Shown here: positions 49,071 through 59,717 of the stretch, piece by piece | How the letters are laid out: each line of letters begins with the position of its first letter | Position numbering within the stretch: position 1 is the stretch's first letter | Origin: an uncultured Desulfospira sp. | GTDB lineage: Bacteria; Desulfobacterota; Desulfobacteria; Desulfobacterales; Desulfobacteraceae | DNA: 64,000 nt | Reading direction: 5' to 3' | NCBI GenBank assembly: GCA_963663165.1 | Contig: OY760175.1 | Coordinates: 5,632,001 to 5,696,000, forward strand | Notes under the pieces: generated by a model | Database searches by the model: none | Seen by the model: only the letters and a program-made list of their open reading frames with translations | What the model was told of the DNA's origin: nothing | Position numbers and translations under genes: made by a program

Positions 49071-51686
49071 ATGAAGCATTGTTTAGAAAAGCCGACGACA
49101 AACCGTATGTCTTCTGAACCGGCCTGCCGGTGGGCGGACGATGAACTGTCCGCCATCACGGAAAACAGCGACATCGCCCTCATTTTACTGGCGGATGACC
49201 GGAAAATGCTCAAAGTGAACCAGCGGTGCGCCGATCTTTTCGGATATGGCCGGCCGGACAAGATGGAAGGCCTGTCCTCCCGGGCGATTCACCTGTCGGA
49301 TAAAACCTTTAAAACCTTTGGCAAAGAATATTACAATTCCATTAAGGCCGGCGAACAGTTTCTGGTGGAATATCCCTTCCGGCGCAGGGACGGAACTGAG
49401 TTCTGGGGGCTCATGTCCGGCAAGGCCCTGGATACGGCACGGCCCCCGGATCTGACGAAAGGCGTTCTCTGGGCCGTGGATGAAATATCGGCCCAAAAAG
49501 CCATTGCCCGCCAGAAGGCCCAGGAGGTGGACCGGACCAAAAGTGATTTTCTGGCCTATATGAGCCATGAAATTCGGACCCCGCTAAATGCCATTATCGG
49601 CATGACCTATCTGTTAAGCCAGCAGCATCTTGCCGCTGAACAGGCCGATTATGTAATGCGGATTGAAAAATCGTCAAAGGCTTTGCTCGGGCTGATCAAC
49701 GATATCCATGATTTTTCAAAAATTGAGGCCGGCAAGCTGGAAATCGAAAATTATGATTTTGATCTCCACTCGGTGATTGAAAATGTGTCCATCCTCATAG
49801 AACTCAAGGCGTTGGAAAAGCATATCGGGTTTATCGTGTCCTATTCCCCCGGGATTAATGTGAACCGGCACGGCGACCCCTTGAGAATCGGTCAGATCCT
49901 GACCAACCTGGCCACCAATGCCGTTAAATTTACGGAAAAAGGCGAGATCGGTATTCATGTCCAGCAGGTGAAAAACGGCATGGTCCGGTTTGAGGTGCGG
50001 GATACAGGGATCGGCATGAGCCGGGACCAGCAGGCCAGAATATTTAAGTCCTTTTCCCAGGCCGATGCCAGCACCACCCGAAAGTACGGGGGAACCGGGC
50101 TTGGGCTCACCATTTCCAGGCAGCTGGTGAATTTAATGCAGGGCCGCATCTGGGTGGAGAGCAAGGAAGGGCAGGGCAGTTCCTTTATTTTTGAGATCCC
50201 GCTGGAAGAACGCCAGGCCCCTGAAATCCGGGAACCCTCATTTGCCGGAAAGCGGGCCCTTATTGTGGATGACACCCCTTCCTGGCTGGAGGTCCTTCAA
50301 AACATGCTGGTCCATTACGGCATTGAAACCCATACCGCCCTGTCCGGAGAAGAGGCCCTGGCCCTTATCTGTGAACAGGATCAGCCCTTTGACCTGGTGT
50401 TTATGGACTGGCACATGCCCGGGCAGGACGGGATTGAAACCACCCGGCAGATAAAAGAACGGTTGGGGACTTTGCCGCCCACCATTGTCATGGTGTCGGC
50501 GTATAAAAAAGAGAGTGTGCAAAAGGCGGCAAGACAGACCGGAATCAACATTTTTTTAAATAAGCCCATTAATCCGTCTACTTTTCACAACGTTCTCCTG
50601 GGGGCTTTCGGGAACAAGGGGGAACTGGGCAGAGGCACTGAAATCAGGCCCGACAGGGCCTCATTGAAAAGCCGGCTGGTGTCCTTAAAAGGCAGTATCA
50701 TCCTTTTGGTAGAGGACAATGCCCTAAACCGGGAGATCATCCACGGCATGCTCGCCAACAGCGGCATTGTTATTGATGATGCCCACGACGGCCGGCTGGC
50801 CGTTGAAAAGTTCAAGGCCGCTCCTGAACGGTATGAGTTGATTTTAATGGATATCCAGATGCCGGTCATGGACGGGTATGAGGCCTGCCGCCAGATCCGG
50901 GAAATTAACACGGATATTCCCATTGTCGCCCTGACGGCCCATGCCCTGATGCGGGATATCCAGCGCACCCGGGAAGCCGGCATGAACGAGCATATCAACA
51001 AACCCATTGAGGTGGAAAAGCTGTTTGCCGCCCTGCTCAAATATATTTCCCAGAAGTGTGACATTGTTCAAAGCGAGGAGACCCCGGAGGAAAAGGCGCT
51101 TTCCGGGGTTCTGTCCGGGCTGACCTGTATTGATGTGGATTCCGGGCTGTCCCGTCTCATGGGCAACCGCCGGTTGTACGTCAAGCTGCTCAGAAATTTT
51201 GCCGTTGAATACAACGGGGTCCAGGAGACCCTGTCCCAGCTTATGGAAGATGACCCCACCAGCGGCGCCCGGATGGTTCACACCATTAAGGGCCTGTCTG
51301 CGGCCATTGGGGCCGAAGCCCTGCATAAGGCCTCGGTTAAACTGGACCAGACCCATGATTCTGAACTGATCCCTGAATTCTGCCTGGAACTTGACAGGGT
51401 GATTACACAGATCAAGACCCTGCCGGAAGCAGAAGATCTCGAGGACAAAGATTCAGGCACTGATAAAAAGGCGCTGGGCACTGAACAGCGAAACGATATT
51501 TTCAAGCGCCTGGTGGAAGGGCTTCAGCGCCGCCGGCCCCAAATGATCAAACCGGTTCTGGCAGAATTAAAAGAATATGCCCTTTCTAAGGAGGATGCCG
51601 GGCTTTTAAAAGACATTGAAGCTTTAGTTTATAGATACAAATTCAAGGACGCGGTAAAGGTTTTGGAAGCGGCTGCCCATGAATGA
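49071..51686 (+). CDS. Hybrid sensor histidine kinase (PAS-HisKA-HATPase-REC-REC-Hpt)
   Basis: MSHEIRTPLN, NAVKFT, DTGIG, GGTGLGL, two REC domains and HTIKG; start uncertain. Confidence 0.92.
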   Translation: MKHCLEKPTTNRMSSEPACRWADDELSAITENSDIALILLADDRKMLKVNQRCADLFGYGRPDKMEGLSSRAIHLSDKTFKTFGKEYYNSIKAGEQFLVEYPFRRRDGTEFWGLMSGKALDTARPPDLTKGVLWAVDEISAQKAIARQKAQEVDRTKSDFLAYMSHEIRTPLNAIIGMTYLLSQQHLAAEQADYVMRIEKSSKALLGLINDIHDFSKIEAGKLEIENYDFDLHSVIENVSILIELKALEKHIGFIVSYSPGINVNRHGDPLRIGQILTNLATNAVKFTEKGEIGIHVQQVKNGMVRFEVRDTGIGMSRDQQARIFKSFSQADASTTRKYGGTGLGLTISRQLVNLMQGRIWVESKEGQGSSFIFEIPLEERQAPEIREPSFAGKRALIVDDTPSWLEVLQNMLVHYGIETHTALSGEEALALICEQDQPFDLVFMDWHMPGQDGIETTRQIKERLGTLPPTIVMVSAYKKESVQKAARQTGINIFLNKPINPSTFHNVLLGAFGNKGELGRGTEIRPDRASLKSRLVSLKGSIILLVEDNALNREIIHGMLANSGIVIDDAHDGRLAVEKFKAAPERYELILMDIQMPVMDGYEACRQIREINTDIPIVALTAHALMRDIQRTREAGMNEHINKPIEVEKLFAALLKYISQKCDIVQSEETPEEKALSGVLSGLTCIDVDSGLSRLMGNRRLYVKLLRNFAVEYNGVQETLSQLMEDDPTSGARMVHTIKGLSAAIGAEALHKASVKLDQTHDSELIPEFCLELDRVITQIKTLPEAEDLEDKDSGTDKKALGTEQRNDIFKRLVEGLQRRRPQMIKPVLAELKEYALSKEDAGLLKDIEALVYRYKFKDAVKVLEAAAHE

Positions 51687-52569
51687 ATCCGGCAAAAAAA
51701 CCATTTTGATGGCAGATGACACCCCGGACAGCCTGGATGTCCTGTCCCGTCTGTTTAAGGGACATGACATCATTGGGGCGGGTTCAAGAACAGACTGCCT
51801 GAATGTTTTAAAAGAAAAAACGGTGGACCTGATGCTGCTGGACATGTGCATGTCCGGCATGGACAGTTGCGGGGTCTGCCGGGAAATAAAAGCCAGCCCT
51901 GTGGTCCGGGATATTCCTGTGATGTTTATCATTGACCGTTTTGAAGGGGGGCTCATTGAGAAAGCCTTTGATGCCGGCGGGGCGGATTATGTGGTCAAGC
52001 CCTTTACCCCCAAAGAGCTTTTATCCCGTATCCATGGGCAGATCAGGCTCAGGGAGATCAACCAGGAATTAAAGTTTGTCACCACCCGGGACAGCCTTAC
52101 CGGGATTTACAACAGAAAAAAATTCTTTGAGCTGGGCGAAAAAATGCTTGCCCATTCAACTGAAGGGCTTTACGCATTTATTATCGACATTGATCATTTC
52201 AAGCGGATCAATGATGAATACGGCCACCAGACAGGAGACCATGTTCTCAAAAAAATTACCCTGGCCATAAGCGAGATCCTGCCCGATGATGCCCTGTTCG
52301 GCCGGATGGGGGGAGAAGAATTCGCCATTCTGTTCAGGGCCGGCACCAAGGACCAGGCGGTAAAGATCGCCGACCAGATCCATCAGGCCGTTGCGGTCAG
52401 TCGGATTGCCGCGGGCAGCAGCCAGATCATCTCCTGCTCCATCTCCGGGGGCATCTCATGCAGCATGGCCGAAACCCCCACGTTAGACAGCCTGCTTAAA
52501 AAAGCGGGCCAGGCCCTCTACCGGGCCAAGGACACGGGCCGGAACCAGAGTATCTTCAGAAATTCCTGA
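51679..52569 (+). CDS. Response regulator diguanylate cyclase (REC-GGDEF)
   Basis: DIDHFKRIND.YGH..GD and GGEEF; overlaps the kinase stop. Confidence 0.92.
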   Translation: MNESGKKTILMADDTPDSLDVLSRLFKGHDIIGAGSRTDCLNVLKEKTVDLMLLDMCMSGMDSCGVCREIKASPVVRDIPVMFIIDRFEGGLIEKAFDAGGADYVVKPFTPKELLSRIHGQIRLREINQELKFVTTRDSLTGIYNRKKFFELGEKMLAHSTEGLYAFIIDIDHFKRINDEYGHQTGDHVLKKITLAISEILPDDALFGRMGGEEFAILFRAGTKDQAVKIADQIHQAVAVSRIAAGSSQIISCSISGGISCSMAETPTLDSLLKKAGQALYRAKDTGRNQSIFRNS

Positions 52570-52614
52570 GCATTGCCTTTTCTGGGGATGAGCTCTTCTT
52601 TCATGAGAGTTTTC

Positions 52615-52677
52615 CTTAAAGACGTTAAAGACCTTAAGGTCGTTAAGGACGCTAATGACATTAAGGTCTTTAAGGTT
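52615..52677. repeat. Seven degenerate 9-bp tandem repeats (NTTAARGWC)
   Basis: cttaaagac gttaaagac cttaaggtc gttaaggac gctaatgac attaaggtc tttaaggtt. Confidence 0.8.
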
Positions 52678-52690
52678 TATCTGCCCGGCT

Positions 52691-53404
52691 TCATGCCCCC
52701 AGGTAGGCTTTTTTAACCTCCGGGTCATCCAGCAGTTTACTGGCCGGGCCTTCAAGGACAATGGCGCCATGTTCGATCACATACCCTCTTTGGGCAAACT
52801 TCAGGGCAAGCCTTGCATTCTGCTCTACCAGCAAAATGGTGGTGCCGTATTTATTGATCTCTTTTAAGGCACCAAACATCTCCAGCATGAGCAGGGGGGC
52901 AAGCCCCATGGAGGGCTCATCCAGGATCATGAGTTTCCGGCCGCTCATATAACCTCTGCCCACGGCCAGCATCTGCTGCTCGCCGCCGGACAGGGTACCG
53001 GCCAGCTGGTTTTTCCGTTCTTCAAGGCGGGGAAACAGGTCAAACACCCACTTTTTGTCTTTTTCAATCTGGCCGGGATCTTTCCGGGCAAAACAGGCCA
53101 GGGTCAGGTTTTCCGTTACGGTCAGGTTGCCGAATATCCGACGTCCTTCAGGCACATGGGAGATCCCGAGCTTGCTGACCACCTTGTCTGTGGAATAGGA
53201 CAGCACATTTTTACCTTCAAATTCAATCACCGTGCCGGGCTCGCTGGGGACCATCCGGGAAATGGCCCGGAGGGTCGTGCTTTTACCGGCGCCGTTGGCC
53301 CCGATAATGGTGACGATTTCACCGGAATCAATGGTAAAGTCAAGCCCGTGGAGCGCTTTGATATTGCCGTAGGATACCTTAAGGTTTTTCACAGTCAGTT
53401 GCAT
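52691..53404 (-). CDS. livF: Branched-chain amino acid ABC transporter ATPase
   Basis: GANGAGKST, VPEGRRIF, LSGGEQQMLA and VEQNA. Confidence 0.93.
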   Translation of the reverse strand: MQLTVKNLKVSYGNIKALHGLDFTIDSGEIVTIIGANGAGKSTTLRAISRMVPSEPGTVIEFEGKNVLSYSTDKVVSKLGISHVPEGRRIFGNLTVTENLTLACFARKDPGQIEKDKKWVFDLFPRLEERKNQLAGTLSGGEQQMLAVGRGYMSGRKLMILDEPSMGLAPLLMLEMFGALKEINKYGTTILLVEQNARLALKFAQRGYVIEHGAIVLEGPASKLLDDPEVKKAYLGA

Positions 53405-54177
53405 CAGGTCAAATCCTCCTTGCCCAGATAGGCCTCAATGACTTGGGGGTTGTTCTGGATCTCTTCCGGGGGCCCTTCAGCGATCACTTCCCCAAACACC
53501 AGGGTCTGGATATGCTCACAAAGCTCCATCACAAATTTCATGCGGTGTTCGATCAGGAAAATGGCCACCCCGAAATCCTCATGCACCTGCCGGATGATTT
53601 TGATCATCTGGATGAGTTCATCCGGGGTCATGCCGGCGGTGGGCTCATCCAGAAAGAGAACCTTGGGATTGGTGGCCATGGCCCTTGCCATCTCCACCCG
53701 GCGCTGGGCCCCGTAAGGCAGGCTGGTCACCAGCTGGTGGGCATGCTGTTTAATGTCAAAAAGCTCTAAGAGGCGATAGGCGTTTTCCTCGACTTTGGCC
53801 TCCTGCCTTCGGCATCTGGGGGTATTGAAAAATGAGTCAAAAAGGGTGTAGGTCAGCTGGGAATAATGGGCCATTTTGATGTGGTCCAGCACATTCATAT
53901 GCCGCCAGAGGGCCAGGTTCTGAAAGGTCCTGCCAAGGCCTTTGGCCGCGATTTCATTGGTGGCAAGTCCCACAATACTTTCATTCTCAAGTGTAATGCT
54001 GCCCTCGGTGGGGGTGTATACGCCGGTAATGAGGTTAAACACAGTGGTTTTTCCCGCACCGTTGGGGCCGATCAGGCCGACAATCTGCCTGGGTTCCACC
54101 ATCAGGTTATAATCACTGACCGCCCGTAATCCGCCAAAGTAATGGGTCATTTTATCTACATGAAGTAAAGGCGCCAT
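53404..54177 (-). CDS. livG: Branched-chain amino acid ABC transporter ATPase
   Basis: GPNGAGKTT, RTFQN, LPYGAQRRVE and EAYLG. Confidence 0.93.
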   Translation of the reverse strand: MAPLLHVDKMTHYFGGLRAVSDYNLMVEPRQIVGLIGPNGAGKTTVFNLITGVYTPTEGSITLENESIVGLATNEIAAKGLGRTFQNLALWRHMNVLDHIKMAHYSQLTYTLFDSFFNTPRCRRQEAKVEENAYRLLELFDIKQHAHQLVTSLPYGAQRRVEMARAMATNPKVLFLDEPTAGMTPDELIQMIKIIRQVHEDFGVAIFLIEHRMKFVMELCEHIQTLVFGEVIAEGPPEEIQNNPQVIEAYLGKEDLT

Positions 54178-54186
54178 GGGGTCTCC

Positions 54187-55449
54187 TTATTTGCTGGGCT
54201 TGGCCGCAAGCATTTTTTTGGCATTGAACTCCCTAAAGGAGATCAGGCCGTAGGGCCTGAAGATCATCACAAAGATCAGTATCAGGGGAATAATGATCCA
54301 CTTAAAGAGTTCAAGGGGGCGCAGGGCCTCTCCCAAGATGTTGATGGAGACCGCACCGACAATGGACCCCACAATGGAGTTCAGCCCGCCGAAATAGACC
54401 ATGGCCAGAATTTCGGCCAGCCGGTTGATGCTGAACATGCCCGGATTGATATAGGCCAGGACATGGGCAAAGAGCCCCCCGGCCACCCCGGCCCAGAACG
54501 CGCCGAACATAAATGCGGTCATCTTGGTCTTCCGGGTTTTTACGGTCATGGATTCCGAGGCCGCCTCGTCGTCCCTTACGGCATTTAATGCCTTGCCCAT
54601 GATGGAGGTGACAAAGTTGTGGATCACAAAGATGCACAGCATGGTCCAGATAAAGATCACATGAAGGGGGGCCAGGTCCGGCTGGCCGCCCATGCCCCGG
54701 GCGCCGCCGATGACATTAAGGTTTTCCACGGCACTTTTGACTATGAACATAAAGGCAAGGGAGATGATGGCCAGGTAGTCGCCCCGGGTTCTAAAGGACG
54801 GAATGGCCACCAGAAGAGAGCTTAAGGCGGCGGCGGCCCCGCCGATCACCAGGGCAAAGGGGAACAGCCAGGGCCCAAGGCCGGGGGGCAAAAGGGCCGT
54901 CCCGAAAATCTTGTCATTGACAAACAGATAAAGGGTCAGCGCTGAGGATACATAGGCGCCCACGGCCATGAAACCGGGATGGGAGCAGCTGAACTCGCCC
55001 TGGTAGCCGTTGATCACGTTGATGCTGATGGTCAGGATAATGGAGATCAATGTCAGTTTCACCACCAGGACCCGATAGTCGTTGATGCCGGCCCACAGCT
55101 GCAGGACCCCGTAAAAACAGCACAGGTAAATAAGGACCGAAAGCCATAAGGGCAGTTTTTCCATGGCCCGGGCCAGGGGGTTGGTGAAAAACGTGGAGGC
55201 TTTTGCCACAAGGCAGACCGGCAGGAGATACACCAGAAGGTCATAAGCTAAGGCCCCGGGGATCATCATGGGGTCTTTGAGCATGATGATGGCACCGAAC
55301 AGCACCGGGATTTTGGGCAGGCCAAGGTAATAGGAAATATAGTCATACCCCCAGAAATACTCAATTAAGACAGCGGCCAGCAATCCTATAAGCCAGCCGG
55401 CCATGGGGATGTTGGCAAGAAATTTTTTAATGGGTTGTCCAATGTTCAT
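54187..55449 (-). CDS. livM: Branched-chain amino acid ABC transporter permease
   Basis: Multi-TM; RGDYLAI, AVRDDE.A and FRPYGL. Confidence 0.9.
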   Translation of the reverse strand: MNIGQPIKKFLANIPMAGWLIGLLAAVLIEYFWGYDYISYYLGLPKIPVLFGAIIMLKDPMMIPGALAYDLLVYLLPVCLVAKASTFFTNPLARAMEKLPLWLSVLIYLCCFYGVLQLWAGINDYRVLVVKLTLISIILTISINVINGYQGEFSCSHPGFMAVGAYVSSALTLYLFVNDKIFGTALLPPGLGPWLFPFALVIGGAAAALSSLLVAIPSFRTRGDYLAIISLAFMFIVKSAVENLNVIGGARGMGGQPDLAPLHVIFIWTMLCIFVIHNFVTSIMGKALNAVRDDEAASESMTVKTRKTKMTAFMFGAFWAGVAGGLFAHVLAYINPGMFSINRLAEILAMVYFGGLNSIVGSIVGAVSINILGEALRPLELFKWIIIPLILIFVMIFRPYGLISFREFNAKKMLAAKPSK

Positions 55450-55493
55450 GGCAGGTTTTTTTCCTGAAAACGGATAAAAGAAATAAAAAAATA

Positions 55494-56429
55494 TTACAGC
55501 CGAAGTTTGGTGCTGTGTTCCATACCGAAAAATCCCCTTGGCCTGAAGGTCAGTATCAACAGGATAATGGTGTAGGCAATCAGATCCCTTAAGGTGGATG
55601 GGAATATGGTGGCCACAAATATTTCAATAAAGCCTAAAAGGTATCCGGCCAGGGCCGCCCCTTTAATGGAGCCCCGGCCGCCAAGGATTGCCGCAACAAA
55701 GGCTTTCCAGCCGATCAGCACCCCCATGTAGGGATCCAGGATGGGATAGGCCTGGCCGTATAAAATGCCGGATACGGCGGCAAGCCCCGCCCCAATGGCA
55801 AAAGTTAACGGTGCAATGGTGTTAATGGAGACCCCCATGAGGGGGACGGCCAGAAAATCGTAGGACATGGCCCGCATGGCCATTCCCCATTTGGTTTTCT
55901 GGATAAAGGTGTGCAGGGCGATCATGAGCAGCAGGCTGATGATGATGATCATCACTTTGACGTTGGTGAAATAGACCCCGCCCACATTATAGGAAATCGA
56001 TTCAATAAGCGGGGGAAAGCTTAAGCGTTTGGCCCCGAGAAGAATTAAAATGCCGGTTTCGAATATAATCCCGATCATCAGGCCGGTGATGGCGGCCGAC
56101 GCACGGGGTGCCTGGCGCAGCGGCCGGTAGCCGGCAACCTCCACAAACACCCCGATCCAGGAGGCCAGGAACATGGTCACCACAATGGTGGCCACAAAAA
56201 TCAAAGGCCCCGGTAGAAAGCCTGCAAACAAAGCCAGGAAAAGGGTGGCAATGCCAAATCCGATATAGGTGCCCAGCATGAAAATATCACCATGGGCAAA
56301 GTTAAAGAGCATCAGTACGCCGTATACCATGGAATACCCAATGGAAATAACCGCGTAAAAACTGCCCCGCTGGAGTGCATTGATAAAGTTCTGAATAAAA
56401 TATTGGATCAAATCCGTAAAGGATTCCAT
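55494..56429 (-). CDS. livH: Branched-chain amino acid ABC transporter permease
   Basis: GYSMVYGVLMLFNFAHG, GMAMRA and KAFVAAILGG. Confidence 0.92.
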   Translation of the reverse strand: MESFTDLIQYFIQNFINALQRGSFYAVISIGYSMVYGVLMLFNFAHGDIFMLGTYIGFGIATLFLALFAGFLPGPLIFVATIVVTMFLASWIGVFVEVAGYRPLRQAPRASAAITGLMIGIIFETGILILLGAKRLSFPPLIESISYNVGGVYFTNVKVMIIIISLLLMIALHTFIQKTKWGMAMRAMSYDFLAVPLMGVSINTIAPLTFAIGAGLAAVSGILYGQAYPILDPYMGVLIGWKAFVAAILGGRGSIKGAALAGYLLGFIEIFVATIFPSTLRDLIAYTIILLILTFRPRGFFGMEHSTKLRL

Positions 56430-56463
56430 GGAACCACTCCTGTCGAAACAATAAAAATAACGC

Positions 56464-56506
56464 GACATAATGACTGCCGCAACAGGTTCCCGGCAGTCAT
56501 TATGTC
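56464..56506 (-). terminator. Hairpin between livK and livH (terminator/mRNA stabiliser)
   Basis: gacataatgactgccg ... cggcagtcattatgtc, a 16-bp stem followed by a U-rich tract on the minus strand. Confidence 0.7.
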
Positions 56507-56547
56507 TAATTTAAAACCGTTATGAACTTTCGTTTTTCAACCGTTGG

Positions 56548-57723
56548 TTAGGGACATACGGATTTGTAAAACTCAAACTCACCCTTGTCGCTGATTTTAA
56601 CAATAACCGCGCATTTGATGGGGTCGCCTTCTTCTGTAAAGGTCATGTTGCCGGTGATGCCTTCAAAGTTTTTGACTTTTGCCAGGGCATCACGGACCGC
56701 CTTCCGGTCGGTTTCAATTTTACCGGTAATTTTACCGGTATTTTCAATGGCCTGCTGAACCAGGCGCAGGGCATCCCAGGTCAGGGCCGCCACATCGTCG
56801 GGAACGTATCCGTGGGCCTTGTTGTACCGGTCAATAAACGCCTTGGTGGCACCCTTGGCACCGGCTGCGGCGTAGTGGGATGAAAAGAACTGGCCATAGC
56901 AGTCTTCCCCGCAAAGTTCAACGGTTTCAGCCGATCCCCAGGAGTCGGACCCCACAATGGGGCCTTTCCATCCCAGTTCTTTGGCCTGTTTTACAATCAA
57001 GGGGATTTCATTGTAGTACTGGGGGGTAAACAACACCTGGGCCCCGGACTGAATAATTTTGGTCAGCTGGGAAGAAAAGTCCGTGTCTTTGGTGGTAAAG
57101 CTTTCAAAGGCCACAATAGAGCCGGCACCATGTTTTTTCTCCCATGCATCCTTAAACACTTCTGCCAGGCCTTTGGGGTAGTCGGACGCCACATCATAAA
57201 GAACAGCCGCTTTGGTAAACCCGAACTCATCGGTGATGAAGTTGGCCACCACAGGCCCCTGGAACGGGTCCAGGAAACAGCCCCGGAAGACAAACGGACG
57301 GTTCAAGGTGGTATCCGGGTTGGTGGACCAGGGGCTGATCATGACGGTTTCATATTTGTTGGCCACTTCCCCTGCGGGAATCGCCTGTTTGGAGGACTGG
57401 GGGCCGATGATGGCCAGGACATCATCCTGGCTGATCATTTTTGTGTTGGCTTTTACAGCGGACTCGGCCTTGGATTCATTGTCTTCAATGACCAGATCAA
57501 CCTTGTATTTTTTGCCGCCGACTTCAATTCCGCCCGCCTTTTCAATGTCTTCAAGCCACATCTGGGCCGCATATTTGGACCCCTCGCCAACCTTTGGGAT
57601 ATCACCGGTGAGGGGCGCGTTAATACCGATTTTAATAACGGTCTCTCTTTTACAAAACCCCGGTGATGAAAAAACCATGGCCATTGCAAGGACGGCAACC
57701 AGATAACAAGTGATTTTCTTCAT
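56548..57723 (-). CDS. Branched-chain amino acid ABC transporter substrate-binding protein (LivK/LivJ family)
   Basis: Signal peptide; IKIG..APLTG, DFSSQLTKI and FEGITG. Confidence 0.92.
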   Translation of the reverse strand: MKKITCYLVAVLAMAMVFSSPGFCKRETVIKIGINAPLTGDIPKVGEGSKYAAQMWLEDIEKAGGIEVGGKKYKVDLVIEDNESKAESAVKANTKMISQDDVLAIIGPQSSKQAIPAGEVANKYETVMISPWSTNPDTTLNRPFVFRGCFLDPFQGPVVANFITDEFGFTKAAVLYDVASDYPKGLAEVFKDAWEKKHGAGSIVAFESFTTKDTDFSSQLTKIIQSGAQVLFTPQYYNEIPLIVKQAKELGWKGPIVGSDSWGSAETVELCGEDCYGQFFSSHYAAAGAKGATKAFIDRYNKAHGYVPDDVAALTWDALRLVQQAIENTGKITGKIETDRKAVRDALAKVKNFEGITGNMTFTEEGDPIKCAVIVKISDKGEFEFYKSVCP

Positions 57724-57965
57724 GTTTCCTCCAAAAAATAAGTGTTAATTTGTGTTTCTTATGATTTATTACGACACCTGCCGTACAGCTTTAATAAATT
57801 TACCCGCCGGTTTTTTATCATTAGGTCTTCTGTCCAAAAGAGAATGGTCTGCACAACATCACCATAAGTGTATAAAAAAAACGGGGAACGAAGTAAAGGG
57901 AGAATTCGGATTTCTTTTATCTATCGCCTGAGGCATGGGTTAAGGGTATGGCTAACCGCTGACAG

Positions 57966-59361
57966 TTAAAAAGGTACCGGATATTCCCGGCAAAGCGCCT
58001 GTACCTCACGGGACACCCGCTCAAAGGTGCCGGGGGCACCGGGGTTGGACATGGTTTTGTCCATGAGATCCGCGATAACCCCCATTTGCAATTTCCCCAT
58101 TCCCCTGGCCGAGAGGGAACAGGTCCCGAGCCGGACCCCGCTGACCGCGCCCTGGCGGTCAGAATCCCGGGGGATGACATTCCGGTTGGCCACAATGCCC
58201 ACAGCTTCAAGCGCCTTTTCTGTGGCGCCGCCTTCAAGGCCCTTGCTGCCCACATCAATGATCACCTGATGGTTGTCGGTTCCGCCGGACACGATCCGGT
58301 AACCGTGCCGGGACAGTGCGGCTGCCAGGTGTTTTGCATTTTCAATGGTATTTTGCTGGATGGCTTTAAATCCCGGCCCCATGGCCAGCTTAAAGGTAAG
58401 GGCCTTGGCCGCCATAACGTTCACCGGGCTGGTGTCCTGGCACCCGGGAAAGACGCTGGCGTTTATTTGTTTTGCGTATTTTCCCCGGCTTAAAATCACA
58501 CCGCCCCTGGCGCCCATCATGGTTTTATAACAGGTAAAGGTGACAAAATCACTGTGCCGGACCGGGCTTGGAATGGCGCCGCCGGCCACCAGACCCGCGA
58601 TGTGGGCCATGTCCACCATAAAGTAAGCGCCAATGTCCCGGGCAATTTGGGAGAGCTTCTCATAGTCGATAAGCCTGGCATAGGAGCTGGCCTCGGCAAC
58701 GATCATTCTGGGCTTGAATTCATGGGCCATGGACTCGACTTGCCGGTAATTGATCCGCTCCGTGGTGAGGTCTACTGAATAATGTTTAAACGAAAGTAAC
58801 TATTCAGCTAATGCTGAAAACTAAGCAAAATCAGGGTCCGTAACTGTTCATCAGTGCTTCATATTTGTTTAGTCAGGACTTCGTAGCATACTTTTGCTAT
58901 GTGAGAAGGCCTGAATGAGCGAAGATGGGGCACTGATGAACAGTTACAAACGAAAAACATTTGCTGGTAATGGACGCCCGGTGGCCGTGGGAAAGGTGAC
59001 CCCCATGGGGAAGGTGCATGGAAAGGATTTTATCCCCCACATCCAGAATACTGAAATAAACAGCCAAATTGGCCGATGTCCCGCTGTGGGGCTGAACATT
59101 GACGTGCTCTGCCCCAAACAGTTGTTTCCCCCGTTCCATGGCCAGGTTTTCCACCTGGTCGGCAAACTGGCAGCCGGCATGGAACCGCCTGCCCGGGTAT
59201 CCTTCAATGGTCTTGGTGTTAAAGACAGACCCTAGGGCCTCCATAACAGAGACCGGGGAATGGCTTTCAGCTGCAATCATGTTAAGGGTGGTGTTGATCC
59301 TGGTGTCTTCTTTTTTGATCAGTTTGGCAATTTCAGGGTCATCCCTGGATATGAACGTCAT
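57966..59361 (-). pseudogene. glyA: Divergent serine hydroxymethyltransferase-like gene disrupted by a MITE
   Basis: Two SHMT fragments (EGYPG, NVQPHSG, GGHLSHG / DMAHIAGLVA, GGTDNH, SGVRLGT). Removing 58796-58947 plus one TSD restores ...KCFSFKHYSVDLTTERINY... Confidence 0.9.
58796..58947. mobile_element. IS66-type MITE, 152 bp
   Basis: Ends GTAACTATTCAG...TGAACAGTTAC; perfect 8-bp TSD AAACGAAA (58788-95, 58948-55). Confidence 0.92.
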
Positions 59362-59717
59362 ATGATTCTCTCCTTGTTTTTGGCCCGGCTGTCATGCTAC
59401 CGGTCAGGCACAATTTATGTCGGCCGGCCCGGTTAATGTCAACCCAAATATGGCCGGGCAGGTCTCTGGCAAGAACGGCTTGAAAGATGTTTGTTTTTCC
59501 TTGACCCGGTCAGCATACCATGTATGATAAAAACTTAAACCGGCCAAACCGTTTGAAAACGCCTTCAAGGCAAAGATTAAATGGCCGGGGTTCTGCCTGT
59601 TCACAAAAAACGCCCTGTCTCTTCCAATCGTCATCAGCTGGTTTTGCCGGATTTTCAGGCAGACTTAAATCATCAACCTGACGTTCTTTTATTAAAAATC
59701 AGATGGAGGGAGAAACG

